Positions 32,805 through 44,027 of a stretch of 64,000 bases of DNA are shown piece by piece. The DNA is from Acidobacteriota bacterium (lineage in GTDB: Bacteria > Acidobacteriota > Vicinamibacteria > Vicinamibacterales > CAVVIG01): assembly GCA_018268955.1 (NCBI GenBank), contig JAFDVO010000008.1, positions 22,988 to 86,987 of the forward strand, given 5' to 3'. The translations under genes were made by a program, and so were the position numbers. Below the pieces are notes generated by a model that did not search any database, had not been told where the DNA came from, and saw nothing but the letters and a program-made list of their open reading frames with translations. Position 1 is the first letter of the stretch. Every line of letters begins with the position of its first letter.

Positions 32805-34361
32805 ATGCGGAGACTCATTCAGCTCGCCTCCACGACCACAGTGGCGATTGTCGGCGCCTGTGGAGTCCATGTGTTCACGCAGGGCACCACGTCCACGCTT
32901 GCGGATTGCACCGTTGCGAGCCTGCAGGCGAAGGCGCCGGCGGGGACGACGATCACGGGTGCGAAGGTGGTCGACGGTTCCGATCGAGTGCCGCGGCATT
33001 GCCAGGTGGATGGGCATGCTGCGACTCCTGGCAATGAGGTCAACTTCCGGCTTGGCTTCCCCGAGCGCTGGAACGGCAAGTACTACTTCGTAGGCGTCGG
33101 CGGCCTCGGCGGCAGCATCGGCTCACTGAACAAGGGGCTCGAGCGCGGCTACGCATCCGCATCCACCGATACCGGACACAGCGCGGACGATCAGAGCTGG
33201 GGCTCGAACCGCGCGAAGGAAATTGATTACGGCCATCGCGGGACGCACGCGACCGCCGTGGCGGGGAAGGCGCTCGCAGGCGCGTTCTACGGGCGCGCGC
33301 CGCAGCACGCCTATTTCGAAGGCTGCTCCAACGGCGGCCGGCAGGCGCTCATGGAAGTGCAGCGCTATCCGGAGGATTTCGACGGGATCATCGGCGGCGA
33401 TCCTGCCACCGGCACCCCGATGCAGGTGGGACGGGTGCTCGTCTATCAGAAGATGCTCGCGAAGCCTGAGAACTTCCTGCCCGCAGAGAAGATCGAGCTG
33501 CTCTCGAAGGCGACGCTGGCCGCGTGCGACAAGGCGGACGGCCTCAAGGATGGACTCGTCACCGATCCGCGTCGGTGCTCGTTCAAGCCCGAGTCGCTGA
33601 AGTGCAGCGGGGCCGATGGACCGAACTGCCTGAACGACGGACAGCTCGCAGTCGTGAAACAGATTTACGAGGGAGCCTCCATCAACGGCGAACCGTACGC
33701 GTGGGGGTTCCCGGTCGGGCACGAGGGCAGTGCCACGGGGTGGCGCGCGTGGATCTCGGGTCCGGAGGATCCGACGACGCAGGCGGACGGCACGCTCGCC
33801 TATACGGGGCGGCGGCTGCCGAGCGGGTACGGGCTCGCCGAGTCCAACATGCGATTCCTCGCGTTGGAGAACGACGATCCGGCTTTCAACTGGCGTGTCT
33901 TCAGGTTCCCGCAGGATCTCGCCCGGATGAAGACCATGAGCGACATCCTCAGCCCGCTCGATCCCGATCTGCGTCCGTTCAAGAACCGCGGCGGGAAGCT
34001 GCTCCTGTACCACGGATGGTCGGATCCGGCGATCAGCGCGTACGGGACCGTCGGCTATTACGACCGCGTGCTGAAGACCGTCGGCGGCCAGCAGCAGATG
34101 GACGTGTTCGCGAAGCTGTATCTCGTCCCTGGCATGCATCACTGCAGTGGCGGCCCAGGCCCGAACGAGTTCGACATGCTCACCGCTCTGGAGAACTGGG
34201 TGGAGAAGGGGCAGTCGCCGGGACCGGTGGTCGCCACACACCGCGAGAACAACGCGGTCACCCGCACGCGGCCGCTGTGTCCGCATCCGCAGGTCGCCCG
34301 CTACAGGGGGACGGGGAGCATCGATGACGCCGCGAACTTCACGTGCGAGGTGCCGCGGTAG
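32805..34361 (+). CDS. Tannase/feruloyl-esterase family alpha/beta hydrolase, secreted
   Basis: Lies in ORF 32700-34361; ATG 32805 gives MRRLIQLASTTTVAIVGACG. Nucleophile motif FEGCSNGGRQALMEVQRYPEDFDGIIGGDPA. Confidence 0.85.
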   Translation: MRRLIQLASTTTVAIVGACGVHVFTQGTTSTLADCTVASLQAKAPAGTTITGAKVVDGSDRVPRHCQVDGHAATPGNEVNFRLGFPERWNGKYYFVGVGGLGGSIGSLNKGLERGYASASTDTGHSADDQSWGSNRAKEIDYGHRGTHATAVAGKALAGAFYGRAPQHAYFEGCSNGGRQALMEVQRYPEDFDGIIGGDPATGTPMQVGRVLVYQKMLAKPENFLPAEKIELLSKATLAACDKADGLKDGLVTDPRRCSFKPESLKCSGADGPNCLNDGQLAVVKQIYEGASINGEPYAWGFPVGHEGSATGWRAWISGPEDPTTQADGTLAYTGRRLPSGYGLAESNMRFLALENDDPAFNWRVFRFPQDLARMKTMSDILSPLDPDLRPFKNRGGKLLLYHGWSDPAISAYGTVGYYDRVLKTVGGQQQMDVFAKLYLVPGMHHCSGGPGPNEFDMLTALENWVEKGQSPGPVVATHRENNAVTRTRPLCPHPQVARYRGTGSIDDAANFTCEVPR

Positions 34362-34452
34362 GGCGGAGGGCAGAGGTCAGGTCGGAGGTTGGAGGTCGGA
34401 GGTTGGGCCCAGAGCCCGGAGGCTGAAGCCCGGAGCCCGAAATCTCCAGGTT
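34362..34452. repeat. Thirteen in-phase heptamers starting at the first base after the stop codon
   Basis: Units are ggcggag ggcagag gtcaggt cggaggt tggaggt cggaggt tgggccc agagccc ggaggct gaagccc ggagccc gaaatct ccaggtt. The first half is GGAGGTY in the sense of the plus gene. The second half reads GGGCTYC in the sense of the minus-strand tRNA. Confidence 0.8.
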
Positions 34453-34464
34453 CTTGCGTGCTGA

Positions 34465-34553
34465 TGGTGCCGGAGGTGGGAATCGAACCCACACGAGGAG
34501 TAAACCTCACGGGATTTTGAGTCCCGCGCGTCTGCCAGTTTCACCACTCCGGC
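34465..34553 (-). tRNA. tRNA-Leu (anticodon CAA), with long variable arm and encoded CCA
   Basis: The reverse complement is GCCGGAGTGGTGAAACTGGCAGACGCGCGGGACTCAAAATCCCGTGAGGTTTACTCCTCGTGTGGGTTCGATTCCCACCTCCGGCACCA. The acceptor stem pairs GCCGGAG with CTCCGGC, the anticodon loop is CTCAAAA, the T-loop is GGTTCGATTCC, and the extra arm is class II. Confidence 0.95.
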
Positions 34554-34943
34554 GTCGAAGACAGAAGAGCAGTATACCGCGTCGTTCTGCGCCGGGACCG
34601 TGCACTCCCCACGACCTCGGCCGGGGCGTTTCCCAGTGCTCCGCGACGGTGCAGCCACGATTCCCCTGACTCGCCTGCGCTGTTGCGATGGCGGCCGGCG
34701 CGCCCCGCGAGCCGTGTACGAAAGTCGCTCCCAGCCAAGCCCTCCGATCGATCCCGGCCAATGGCGCAGCTCGCGTTGAACTCGAGCGGCACAGCTTCGC
34801 CACAACGTGCCTCTCCGCAGCAGCTTAGCCCCATCTGGCCGAGGCGGACGCACGGGTCGGGCGTGGGTCCGCCGCGGTAAGATCAGCAGGGTGGAAGCAG
34901 AGGCGAAAGTCGCTGAATTGCGCCTGTTTTCGAGGATTTCAGG

Positions 34944-34972
34944 TTGTGGGCCTGTACGGCGTCGGCTATACT
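34944..34972 (+). promoter_or_regulatory. Candidate sigma-70-type promoter for carD
   Basis: TTGTGG (34944-34949), a 17-nt spacer, then TATACT (34967-34972), about 110 nt upstream of the carD GTG. A similar TATACT lies on the minus strand at 34571-34576, 17 nt upstream of the tRNA 5' end. Confidence 0.45.
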
Positions 34973-35084
34973 GAGTGAACTGCCGGTACTGCCTCCGCCG
35001 AGGCTCCGGCTGGTCTCGCCGAAGCGTAGGCGCGAAGGCTGAGTTCATCGGCCTACCATCCAGTAGCTCCTGACAGGGGGAACC

Positions 35085-35687
35085 GTGATATTTGAAGTCG
35101 GCGACAAGGTCATCTACCCGAATCATGGTCTTGGAATCGTGGAGCGGATCGAGGAGAAGACGATCCTCGGTACTACCTGCGGTTTCTACCATCTTCGGAT
35201 TGTGGCCAACGACACCACCGTGCTCGTGCCCGTGGCAAATGCCGATGGCGTCGGGTTGCGGCGCGCCATCAGCGACGAGGACGTCGATCGACTGTTCGGG
35301 CTTCTCGGTGACGGTCAGATCGACAATCACCAGAATTGGAAGGGGCGGTTCAAGGACAACTCGGACAAGATGCGCAGCGGCTCGATCTACGACGTCGCGG
35401 ATGTGTTGAAGAGCCTCACGTTCCTGGCGAAGTCGAAGAGCCTCTCGTTCCGCGAGAAGCGCATGCTCGATCGCGCGAAGTTCCTCATCATCTCGGAAGT
35501 CTCGGAAGTCATGTGCGAGAAGGCTGCGGCCATCGAGGACCGCGTCGATCGCGCACTCGAGCAGTGCTTCACCACGAAGGCCCGTGCTGCGGCACCGCGC
35601 CCGAAGGTGAGCCGCACCGCCGCCGTGCCGCCACCGCGCGCGCAGGCCGCATCAGCCGCGCGTCGCACCGCGCGCGCCGCGTCGTAA
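35085..35687 (+). CDS. carD: CarD/CdnL-family RNA-polymerase-binding transcription regulator
   Basis: GTG start after GGGGGA. Sequence FEVGDKVIYPNHGLGIVERIEEKTILGTTCGFYHLRI...MRSGSIYDVADVLKSL matches CarD_CdnL_TRCF. Ala/Arg-rich tail. Confidence 0.9.
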   Translation: MIFEVGDKVIYPNHGLGIVERIEEKTILGTTCGFYHLRIVANDTTVLVPVANADGVGLRRAISDEDVDRLFGLLGDGQIDNHQNWKGRFKDNSDKMRSGSIYDVADVLKSLTFLAKSKSLSFREKRMLDRAKFLIISEVSEVMCEKAAAIEDRVDRALEQCFTTKARAAAPRPKVSRTAAVPPPRAQAASAARRTARAAS

Positions 35688-35712
35688 GCCGCGCGCCACT
35701 CACGCCCGACAC

Positions 35713-35742
35713 AGCCCGCCGGCTCAGCCGGCGGGCTTTTTT
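35713..35742 (+). terminator. Intrinsic terminator after carD
   Basis: agcccgccggc - tca - gccggcgggct (11-bp perfect GC-rich stem) followed by tttttt. Confidence 0.85.
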
Positions 35743-35759
35743 CGTTATGATGCAGCCCG

Positions 35760-36491
35760 GTGATCATTCCGGCGCTTCGCACGGTCGCGACGTACGTGGC
35801 CGTTTCCCTGTACGTCCTCGTTGCTGGACCGCTGGGCATGCTCCTGGCGCTGCTGTTCCGGTGGAAGGACCTGCTCTACATCCTCGGCCATCTCGGCGTC
35901 AGGCTGGCGCTCTTCACGACCGGCATCCGATTCCGGGTGCGGGGGCGCGAGCACCTGCCTCTCGACCGGGCGGCGGTCTACTGCTCGAATCACCAGAGCA
36001 ACGTCGACCCGCCCGTGCTCTTCGAGGCGCTGCATCCGAGGATGCACATCCTCTACAAGCACGAACTCGATCAGATTCCCATCCTGGCGCGTGCGTTCAG
36101 GCTTGGCGGGTTCATCCCTGTCGATCGCCGCAATCGCGACGCCGCGATGCGCTCCATCGAGAACGGCGCGCGTGCGATACGCTCCGGCAGTTCGTTCCTG
36201 ATCTTCCCTGAAGGGACCCGCAGCAGGACCGACGAGTTGCTGCCGTTCAAGAAAGGCGGCATTCACATGGCGATCCTCGCGCAGGCGCCGATCGTGCCGG
36301 TCGCCATCCGCGGAGGCCGCGCTGCGATGCAGCGTGGCAGCTGGCTCATCCACCCGGTCGTCGTCGACATCGCCGTGGGAGCACCGGTCGAGACGGAAGG
36401 GCTGACCTCGAACGATCGCGACACGCTCATCGCGGAGGTCCGCGGGCGTATCGAGGCGTTGGTGAGCGACCTCAAGCAAGAGCGCGCGTAG
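35760..36491 (+). CDS. plsC: 1-acyl-sn-glycerol-3-phosphate acyltransferase
   Basis: GTG start. HX4D motif NHQSNVDPPVL and FPEGTRSR motif. N-terminal membrane helix. Confidence 0.85.
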   Translation: MIIPALRTVATYVAVSLYVLVAGPLGMLLALLFRWKDLLYILGHLGVRLALFTTGIRFRVRGREHLPLDRAAVYCSNHQSNVDPPVLFEALHPRMHILYKHELDQIPILARAFRLGGFIPVDRRNRDAAMRSIENGARAIRSGSSFLIFPEGTRSRTDELLPFKKGGIHMAILAQAPIVPVAIRGGRAAMQRGSWLIHPVVVDIAVGAPVETEGLTSNDRDTLIAEVRGRIEALVSDLKQERA

Positions 36492-36506
36492 CGACGTTCG
36501 TTCGCC

Positions 36507-37598
36507 TCATCCCGTCTCGAACGTGAGCGTCCAAGGCGCGAGCGGCAGCTTGTCGGTCCCGAGGATGCCGTCCTGCAGTTCGATGACGACCTTCGAGAAG
36601 CGATCGAGCGGCGAGGCGAACCGGATCTCCAGCACGCGGTTCCCGGGTAGGTAGGTGATCGTGAAGGGCACTGGCGAGGCGTTCCCGCTGGCATACCGCG
36701 CGGCGATGCGATTGCGGAACGTCGCCGGGTCCATGTCCCGCGAGAACTGGATCCGCACAGTGGTGGTCGGCAGGACGTCGGTCTCGCCGCCGATCGGCGC
36801 GCTGAAGACCACCTCTGGCGGCGGCGCAGCGGCCACTCGTATGACCGGCTGATCGGGCGTGTCCTGCGGCGCGGTGGTGATCTTGATCGTCGCGCCTTCT
36901 GCGTTGAGCCACTGCAGCCCACGGCCCTGCTGCAGCGTCCCCGAGACCTCGATCCAGCGGCCGGTGTCGATCCGCGAGTCGAGCGCCAGTTCGAAGTCCT
37001 TGCCGCGCGGTCGCAGGTTCGTCACCCACACAGCGGCGTCGGCGGACCGGACCACGAAGTCCCACCGGCTCTGGCCTGGTGCGTCCGGCAGGTCACCGAG
37101 CAAATTGCGTGCGCCGAACTGCCCGACGACGGTCACGCGTTGATCGAGGTAGCGCGAAGGAAACAGGACGATGTTGCGGATCGACGGCGCCGATGGTGGC
37201 GAGACTGGCGAGACCGAAGACGCGATGAGCGCGGTCGCCTGGCCGCTTCGAGGCCAGGGGCCCGCCGGATCGACGCCGAAGGTCCGCTTGAGATCGTAGC
37301 CCGCGAGCCGGGGGTCGTCTGCCGTGAACTTCCCCAGATCCCAGAACTCGCCGCGCACCTCGACGAGACCGTCGGCGGTGCTGCCCTTGCTCACCACGCG
37401 GAGCGAGAGGCCGTCGCTGGTCAGCCGGTACTCGCCCGTGTCCAGCAGCTTCATCTCCCCGACGACCATCACAGGGCGCGTGTGGAAGAACTCGGCGTGG
37501 GCGAGCAGGGCAGCGACGTTCGTGGCGCGCCGCGTTGCACTTGGCTGCGCGCCGGCGACGCTGGCGACGAGCACACACAGCAGTATCAGTCGTTTCAC
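36507..37598 (-). CDS. Secreted hypothetical protein with C-terminal SbsA/Big_5-like Ig domain
   Basis: Lies in ORF 36507-37751; GTG 37598 gives the signal peptide (M)KRLILLCVLVASVAGAQP. C-terminal block PPPEVVFSAPIGGETDVLPTTTVRIQFSRDMDPATF. Confidence 0.65.
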   Translation of the reverse strand: MKRLILLCVLVASVAGAQPSATRRATNVAALLAHAEFFHTRPVMVVGEMKLLDTGEYRLTSDGLSLRVVSKGSTADGLVEVRGEFWDLGKFTADDPRLAGYDLKRTFGVDPAGPWPRSGQATALIASSVSPVSPPSAPSIRNIVLFPSRYLDQRVTVVGQFGARNLLGDLPDAPGQSRWDFVVRSADAAVWVTNLRPRGKDFELALDSRIDTGRWIEVSGTLQQGRGLQWLNAEGATIKITTAPQDTPDQPVIRVAAAPPPEVVFSAPIGGETDVLPTTTVRIQFSRDMDPATFRNRIAARYASGNASPVPFTITYLPGNRVLEIRFASPLDRFSKVVIELQDGILGTDKLPLAPWTLTFETG

Positions 37599-37632
37599 GT
37601 CGTTCCGGCCCCTGTCCTTGAATGGGACGCGC

Positions 37633-39615
<1,983 letters not shown>

Positions 39616-39660
39616 GGCCCGGATATTAGCACGGGGTTTTGCTACAATCTGGCGTCGCTT

Positions 39661-40356
39661 GTGAAACAACCGAACAAACCCAGGGTGCGTGCGCCCAAGT
39701 CCCGTCAGCACGGCGAAAACGTGTCGGAACTGACGACGAATCGCCTGTCCGTGTACCTGCGATGCCTGACCGAACTCGAGGCGCAAGGGGCCCGGACCGT
39801 CTCGTCGCAGTCCCTTGCCGAACAGTTCCACCTGAACGCGGCACAAATCCGGAAAGACCTGGCGTACTTCGGTGAGTTCGGGGTGCGCGGCGTCGGCTAC
39901 TACGTCCGCGACCTCAAGCGGCACCTGCGTCAGATCCTCGGTCTCGATCGCAGCCTCAGGGTCGGCATCATCGGGGCCGGCAACCTCGGCCAGGCGCTTG
40001 CGGATTATCCGGGCTTCCGCCAGGAAGGCTTCGAAATCGCCGCGCTGTTCGACAATCAGGTCGGCAAGGTCGGGCAGCAGTCTCGATCGGGCGTCCCGAT
40101 CTATGAGGTGAACGACCTTCGCAAGCACGTGAAGCGCGACCAGATCAGCATCGCGGTCCTCGCCGTGCCCGCGTCAGCGGCACAGCGAGTGGCGGACGTG
40201 GTGGTCGCCGCAGGCATCAAGGCGATCCTGAACTTCACGCCCGGTACACTGCAGGTTCCGGAGGACGTGAAGGTGAAGGGCGTCGATTTGACCGTGTCGC
40301 TCGAGAGCCTTTCGTTCTTCCTCGCGCACGGTGAGTTCGCCGAGGACGACGAGTAG
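39661..40356 (+). CDS. rex: Redox-sensing transcriptional repressor Rex
   Basis: GTG start. Contains RLSVYLRCLTELEAQGARTVSSQSLAEQFHLNAAQIRKDLAYFGEFGVRGVGY and the Rossmann motif IIGAGNLGQAL. Confidence 0.9.
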   Translation: MKQPNKPRVRAPKSRQHGENVSELTTNRLSVYLRCLTELEAQGARTVSSQSLAEQFHLNAAQIRKDLAYFGEFGVRGVGYYVRDLKRHLRQILGLDRSLRVGIIGAGNLGQALADYPGFRQEGFEIAALFDNQVGKVGQQSRSGVPIYEVNDLRKHVKRDQISIAVLAVPASAAQRVADVVVAAGIKAILNFTPGTLQVPEDVKVKGVDLTVSLESLSFFLAHGEFAEDDE

Positions 40357-40374
40357 CGACCCGCGGGTACTCTC

Positions 40375-40866
40375 ATGGCCAAGCGATCGAGCAGCGGCAC
40401 GTCGCGTCTCTCTCACGTCGATGAGCAGGGGCGCGTCACGATGGTGGACGTGGGCGACAAGCCGGTCACGGCGCGTGAGGCCATTGCCCGCGGGTCAATC
40501 CGGATGTCGGCCGAGGCGCTCGCGCAGATCAGGTCAGGCGCGGTGAAGAAAGGTGACCCGCTCCAGACGGCGCGGATCGCCGGCATCATGGCTGCGAAGC
40601 AGACCTCCGCGCTGATTCCGCTCTGCCATCCGCTCCCGATCTCCAGCGCGAATGTCGAGCTGATCGCGACGGCGACCGGCTACGACATCGAGGCGCGCGT
40701 GCGTACGACCGGACAGACCGGCGTCGAGATGGAAGCGCTGACCGCTGTGTCCGTCGCGGCGCTCACCATCTACGACATGGTCAAGGCGGTCGACAAGCGC
40801 ATGGTCATCAGCAACATCCGGCTGATGAAGAAGACCGGCGGCAAGTCCGGCACGTTCACCCGCTAG
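40375..40866 (+). CDS. moaC: Cyclic pyranopterin monophosphate synthase MoaC
   Basis: 163 aa. Contains [21 protein letters not shown]...IPLCHPLPI...[20 protein letters not shown]. Confidence 0.9.
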   Translation: MAKRSSSGTSRLSHVDEQGRVTMVDVGDKPVTAREAIARGSIRMSAEALAQIRSGAVKKGDPLQTARIAGIMAAKQTSALIPLCHPLPISSANVELIATATGYDIEARVRTTGQTGVEMEALTAVSVAALTIYDMVKAVDKRMVISNIRLMKKTGGKSGTFTR

Positions 40867-40893
40867 CGCGCCTCGACCGCGGCGCTCTCACGT

Positions 40894-41691
40894 ATGATGG
40901 CCCGTGTGCGCAGGTTCCTGTCGTCGTGCCTTCTGGTGGTGGCCCTGATGCTGGTCCGCCGAACCCCCGGTTTCGCAGCGTGGCAGTCCGGCAGCGCCAT
41001 GCCGGTCTTCGGGTACACGGTCGTTCACACGTACCCACACGATCGTGACGCCTTCACCCAGGGACTTCAGGTGGTTGATGGGATCTTCTACGAAGGCACC
41101 GGGCTCAATGGACGTTCGTCGATCCGCCGGGTGAAGATCGAAACGGGGGAGGTGCTGCAGAAGCGTGACGTGCCGCCGCAGTACTTCGGGGAGGGGATCA
41201 CGGTCCGCGGTACGGAGCTCTTCCAGCTCACGTGGCAGACCGGCGTCGCCTTCGTTTACGACCGCCAGACCTTCGCACCGAAGCGGCAGTACAAGTACAC
41301 CGGCGAGGGCTGGGGGCTCACGCAGGACAAGACGATGCTGATCATGAGTGACGGCACCGAGTACCTGCGGTTTCTCGACCCCGCCACGTTCACCGAGAAG
41401 AGGCGCCTCCGCGTGATGGCCGCCGGCCAGCCCCTGAAGAACCTCAACGAACTGGAACTCGTGAAGGGCGAGATCCTGGCGAACGTCTGGCAGACCGATT
41501 ACGTCGCGCGCATCGACCCGTCCACCGGCGTCGTGACCGGCTACATCGACTTCCGGGGCCTGCTGACGCCTCGCGAGCGCGAAGGCACCGACGTCCTCAA
41601 CGGCATTGCGTGGGACGAGAAGAGCGATCGCCTCTTCATCACCGGCAAGCTCTGGCCGCGCGTGTTCGAGGTTCGCATCACGCGCAAGTGA
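40894..41691 (+). CDS. Glutaminyl-peptide cyclotransferase (beta-propeller type)
   Basis: Signal/anchor, then YTVVHTYPHDRDAFTQGLQVVDGIFYEGTGLNGRSSIRRV...NELELVKGEILANVW. Confidence 0.85.
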   Translation: MMARVRRFLSSCLLVVALMLVRRTPGFAAWQSGSAMPVFGYTVVHTYPHDRDAFTQGLQVVDGIFYEGTGLNGRSSIRRVKIETGEVLQKRDVPPQYFGEGITVRGTELFQLTWQTGVAFVYDRQTFAPKRQYKYTGEGWGLTQDKTMLIMSDGTEYLRFLDPATFTEKRRLRVMAAGQPLKNLNELELVKGEILANVWQTDYVARIDPSTGVVTGYIDFRGLLTPREREGTDVLNGIAWDEKSDRLFITGKLWPRVFEVRITRK

Positions 41692-41697
41692 ACGGTT

Positions 41698-44007
41698 CTA
41701 CCAGCGCAACAGCCGCGTCACCTTCACGATGAAGGATCGGTTCTGCAGCTCGGGGAAGCCGACCGAACGGCCAAAGGCATCCACCGTTGTCCGCCCGTCG
41801 CTGTAGACCACGAACAGCTCGCTGCCCGGCAGGTACTCCCAGCGGAAGCGGGCGTTGGTGGTGACGCTGTCGGTCCGCGACTGGTACTGAATCAGCGCCG
41901 ACACGAACATGCGGGTCGACAGCGTGTAGGTGGCCCGGCTGCTGTACAGGTTGCTGTTGGCCTTGCCCTGCGGGACATCCACCTTGTTCCACGAGAGCTG
42001 GGGCTCCAAGTAGAACTGCCTCGAGAGTTCGACGCGGCCGCTCCACGTGAGCTCCGTCAACGTCCCGCCGTAGAAGCCGCTCCGTGCCGCGGTCAGCGAT
42101 CCGGAGAGCGGCCGCTGCTGCCCGAAGGTGTACGTGGCGTGCGACTGCGTCATCTCGTACTCGCCCGCGGGGACGAACAGCTTCTTGCCCACCTCGAAGC
42201 GGTTGACGAGGCGCTCGTAGTTCCGGCTCACGTCAAAGGAGAACGTGTCGCTGTTGTTCAGCTCGAACTGGAAGTTGCCCTGGACTTCCTTCGACTCCGG
42301 ACGGTTCTGCGTGTCGGTGATGTAGTCGATGCTCGCGATGTAGTACAGCTTGCGCACCCCGAAGAACTTGCGGGGCCGCGGGCTGTAGCGCGCCTGCCCG
42401 TAGGAGCGCCTGAACGCGGTGCGTCGCAGGAACCCGACTTCAGGGTTGAAGTCGGCTCCGACCGAGAGATGCTCGGCGGACAACCCGTACTTGTCCGCGT
42501 TCCAGTCGAACCTGCCGCGGTAGCTCGTGTCGTCGCCGGTCCGGCCGGGAGAGTCGGTCCTGGCGAGGTACGCGTTGATCGATGTGTCCTTCGTTGGGCT
42601 GAGCAGCGTGTCGAGACCGTAGGCGAGGTTCTCGCTGCCCTGCGCGCCGTACCTCGTGGTGGCCACCGGATCGCGACGCGTGAAGATCGCGCCGACGCGG
42701 CTCCGCTGGAAGATGTCGCGGTTCACGCGCACGACGCTGAAGTTCGTCGACGGGCTGTTGGCGTCCTGTGACGCCGCGGTCTGGATGTTGAGCACGCCGT
42801 AGCGCCACAACCCCGACCGTCCGAGCAGGCGGCCTCCAGCGCGGATCGGCACCTCGAGCCCGTTGTTCAGGCCGATCCGCCGGCTGTAGAAGATCAGCGG
42901 CGCAGTGCTGGTGTTCTGGCTGCTGCCCGCCTGCCCGCCGCCGCCGCCCGTGCCGCCCGTTCCCGCGGAGCCGTTCGCGAAGTTGAACGTGTCGGCCCCC
43001 TCGAGGAAGAAGTCGCGCTTCTCGGGAAAGAGGACGCTGAAGCGGGAGAGGTTCACGACCTGCTGATCGTCCTCCACCTGTGCGAAATCGGTGTTGATCG
43101 TCAGGTCCGCGACGAGCGTCTGCTTGATGCCCCACTTCACGTCGACGCCGAGATTACCGTCCCCCTCGTTGGACACGGGAGGCCGCGCGGTGCGATCGGT
43201 CAGGAGCGACCCGAGCGCGTACGGTTTCACGTCGATGTTCTTGCCGATTGGCGGCGTCTGGATGCCGACCACGGTGGCCGCAGCCGACATGCGCGACATG
43301 GCGGGTCGTCCCCACGACGCCAGGACCGGCGCGAGGTAGCTCAGTTCATTCTTGTAGATCACCCGCCGCCGGAAGTTCATGCCCCAGATGGTGCCGCCCT
43401 CCCTGTACCTGAACGATCGGAAGGGGAACCGGATCTCCACCGACCAGCCGTCCGAGAACGTGCTCGTCTTCGCGTCCCAGACGCCGTTCCAGCTGTTGTT
43501 CGGCTGTTCGTTCGTCGTCGACCAGTCGAGCAGCGCGCCGGAGACGTTCACGACGAACCCGTAGCCGTTGCGCCGGTCGTAGAAGCCGTCGAACGACACG
43601 CCGAAGTGATCGTTGTTGAACAGGTTGTTGGCGTCCCGCCGCATTTCCGTGGCAACCCGCTTGTCCGGCTGCGAATCGTACATCCTGGCCGAGACATAGA
43701 GGTTGTCCCGATCGAAGAAGACCCAGACCTCCGTCTTCTCCGTCGCCGGCGCTCCCTCAGTTGGTTCCTGCTGGATGAAGTCACCGACCGGCTTCACGTC
43801 GCGGTAGAACGGCTCGTCGAGCACGCCGTCGAAGACCATCGGGGACGGCGTGCGCATGGCGCGCATCGTGATGCGCCCCTGCGCGTCGCGCGCGATCATC
43901 TCGGGCAGTTCGGGTGGTGGCGGGCCCTGGATCGGTGGGTCGCCGCCCTGGGCAAAGACTGAAGACGCAGCAAGAAGGGACAGCAGCAGGGCGCCAAGGA
44001 CTCGCAT
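41698..44007 (-). CDS. DUF5916 family protein with CBM9-like domain (paralog 5, most divergent)
   Basis: Lies in ORF 41698-44031; ATG 44007 gives MRVLGALLLSLLAASSVFAQ. Conserved blocks WDAKTSTFSDGWSVEIRFPFRSFRY and TDFAQVEDDQQVVNLSRFSVLFPEKRDFFLEG. C-terminus TRLLRW. Confidence 0.85.
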   Translation of the reverse strand: MRVLGALLLSLLAASSVFAQGGDPPIQGPPPPELPEMIARDAQGRITMRAMRTPSPMVFDGVLDEPFYRDVKPVGDFIQQEPTEGAPATEKTEVWVFFDRDNLYVSARMYDSQPDKRVATEMRRDANNLFNNDHFGVSFDGFYDRRNGYGFVVNVSGALLDWSTTNEQPNNSWNGVWDAKTSTFSDGWSVEIRFPFRSFRYREGGTIWGMNFRRRVIYKNELSYLAPVLASWGRPAMSRMSAAATVVGIQTPPIGKNIDVKPYALGSLLTDRTARPPVSNEGDGNLGVDVKWGIKQTLVADLTINTDFAQVEDDQQVVNLSRFSVLFPEKRDFFLEGADTFNFANGSAGTGGTGGGGGQAGSSQNTSTAPLIFYSRRIGLNNGLEVPIRAGGRLLGRSGLWRYGVLNIQTAASQDANSPSTNFSVVRVNRDIFQRSRVGAIFTRRDPVATTRYGAQGSENLAYGLDTLLSPTKDTSINAYLARTDSPGRTGDDTSYRGRFDWNADKYGLSAEHLSVGADFNPEVGFLRRTAFRRSYGQARYSPRPRKFFGVRKLYYIASIDYITDTQNRPESKEVQGNFQFELNNSDTFSFDVSRNYERLVNRFEVGKKLFVPAGEYEMTQSHATYTFGQQRPLSGSLTAARSGFYGGTLTELTWSGRVELSRQFYLEPQLSWNKVDVPQGKANSNLYSSRATYTLSTRMFVSALIQYQSRTDSVTTNARFRWEYLPGSELFVVYSDGRTTVDAFGRSVGFPELQNRSFIVKVTRLLRW

Positions 44008-44027
44008 GTGCGCCGACGATTCTACCG

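Noticed and set aside
34377-35330. A 317-aa minus-strand ORF spanning the tRNA-Leu and the carD 5' end.
   Set aside because: It runs through a tRNA gene and antisense to carD, and its composition is non-coding-like.
39643-39680. A Rex operator and promoter at the rex start (TACAAT at 39643-39648, TTGTGAA at 39659-39665).
   Set aside because: Only one TTGTGAA half-site is present, with no matching TTCACAA partner. The -10-like hexamer has no plausible -35 and sits 12 nt from the start codon.
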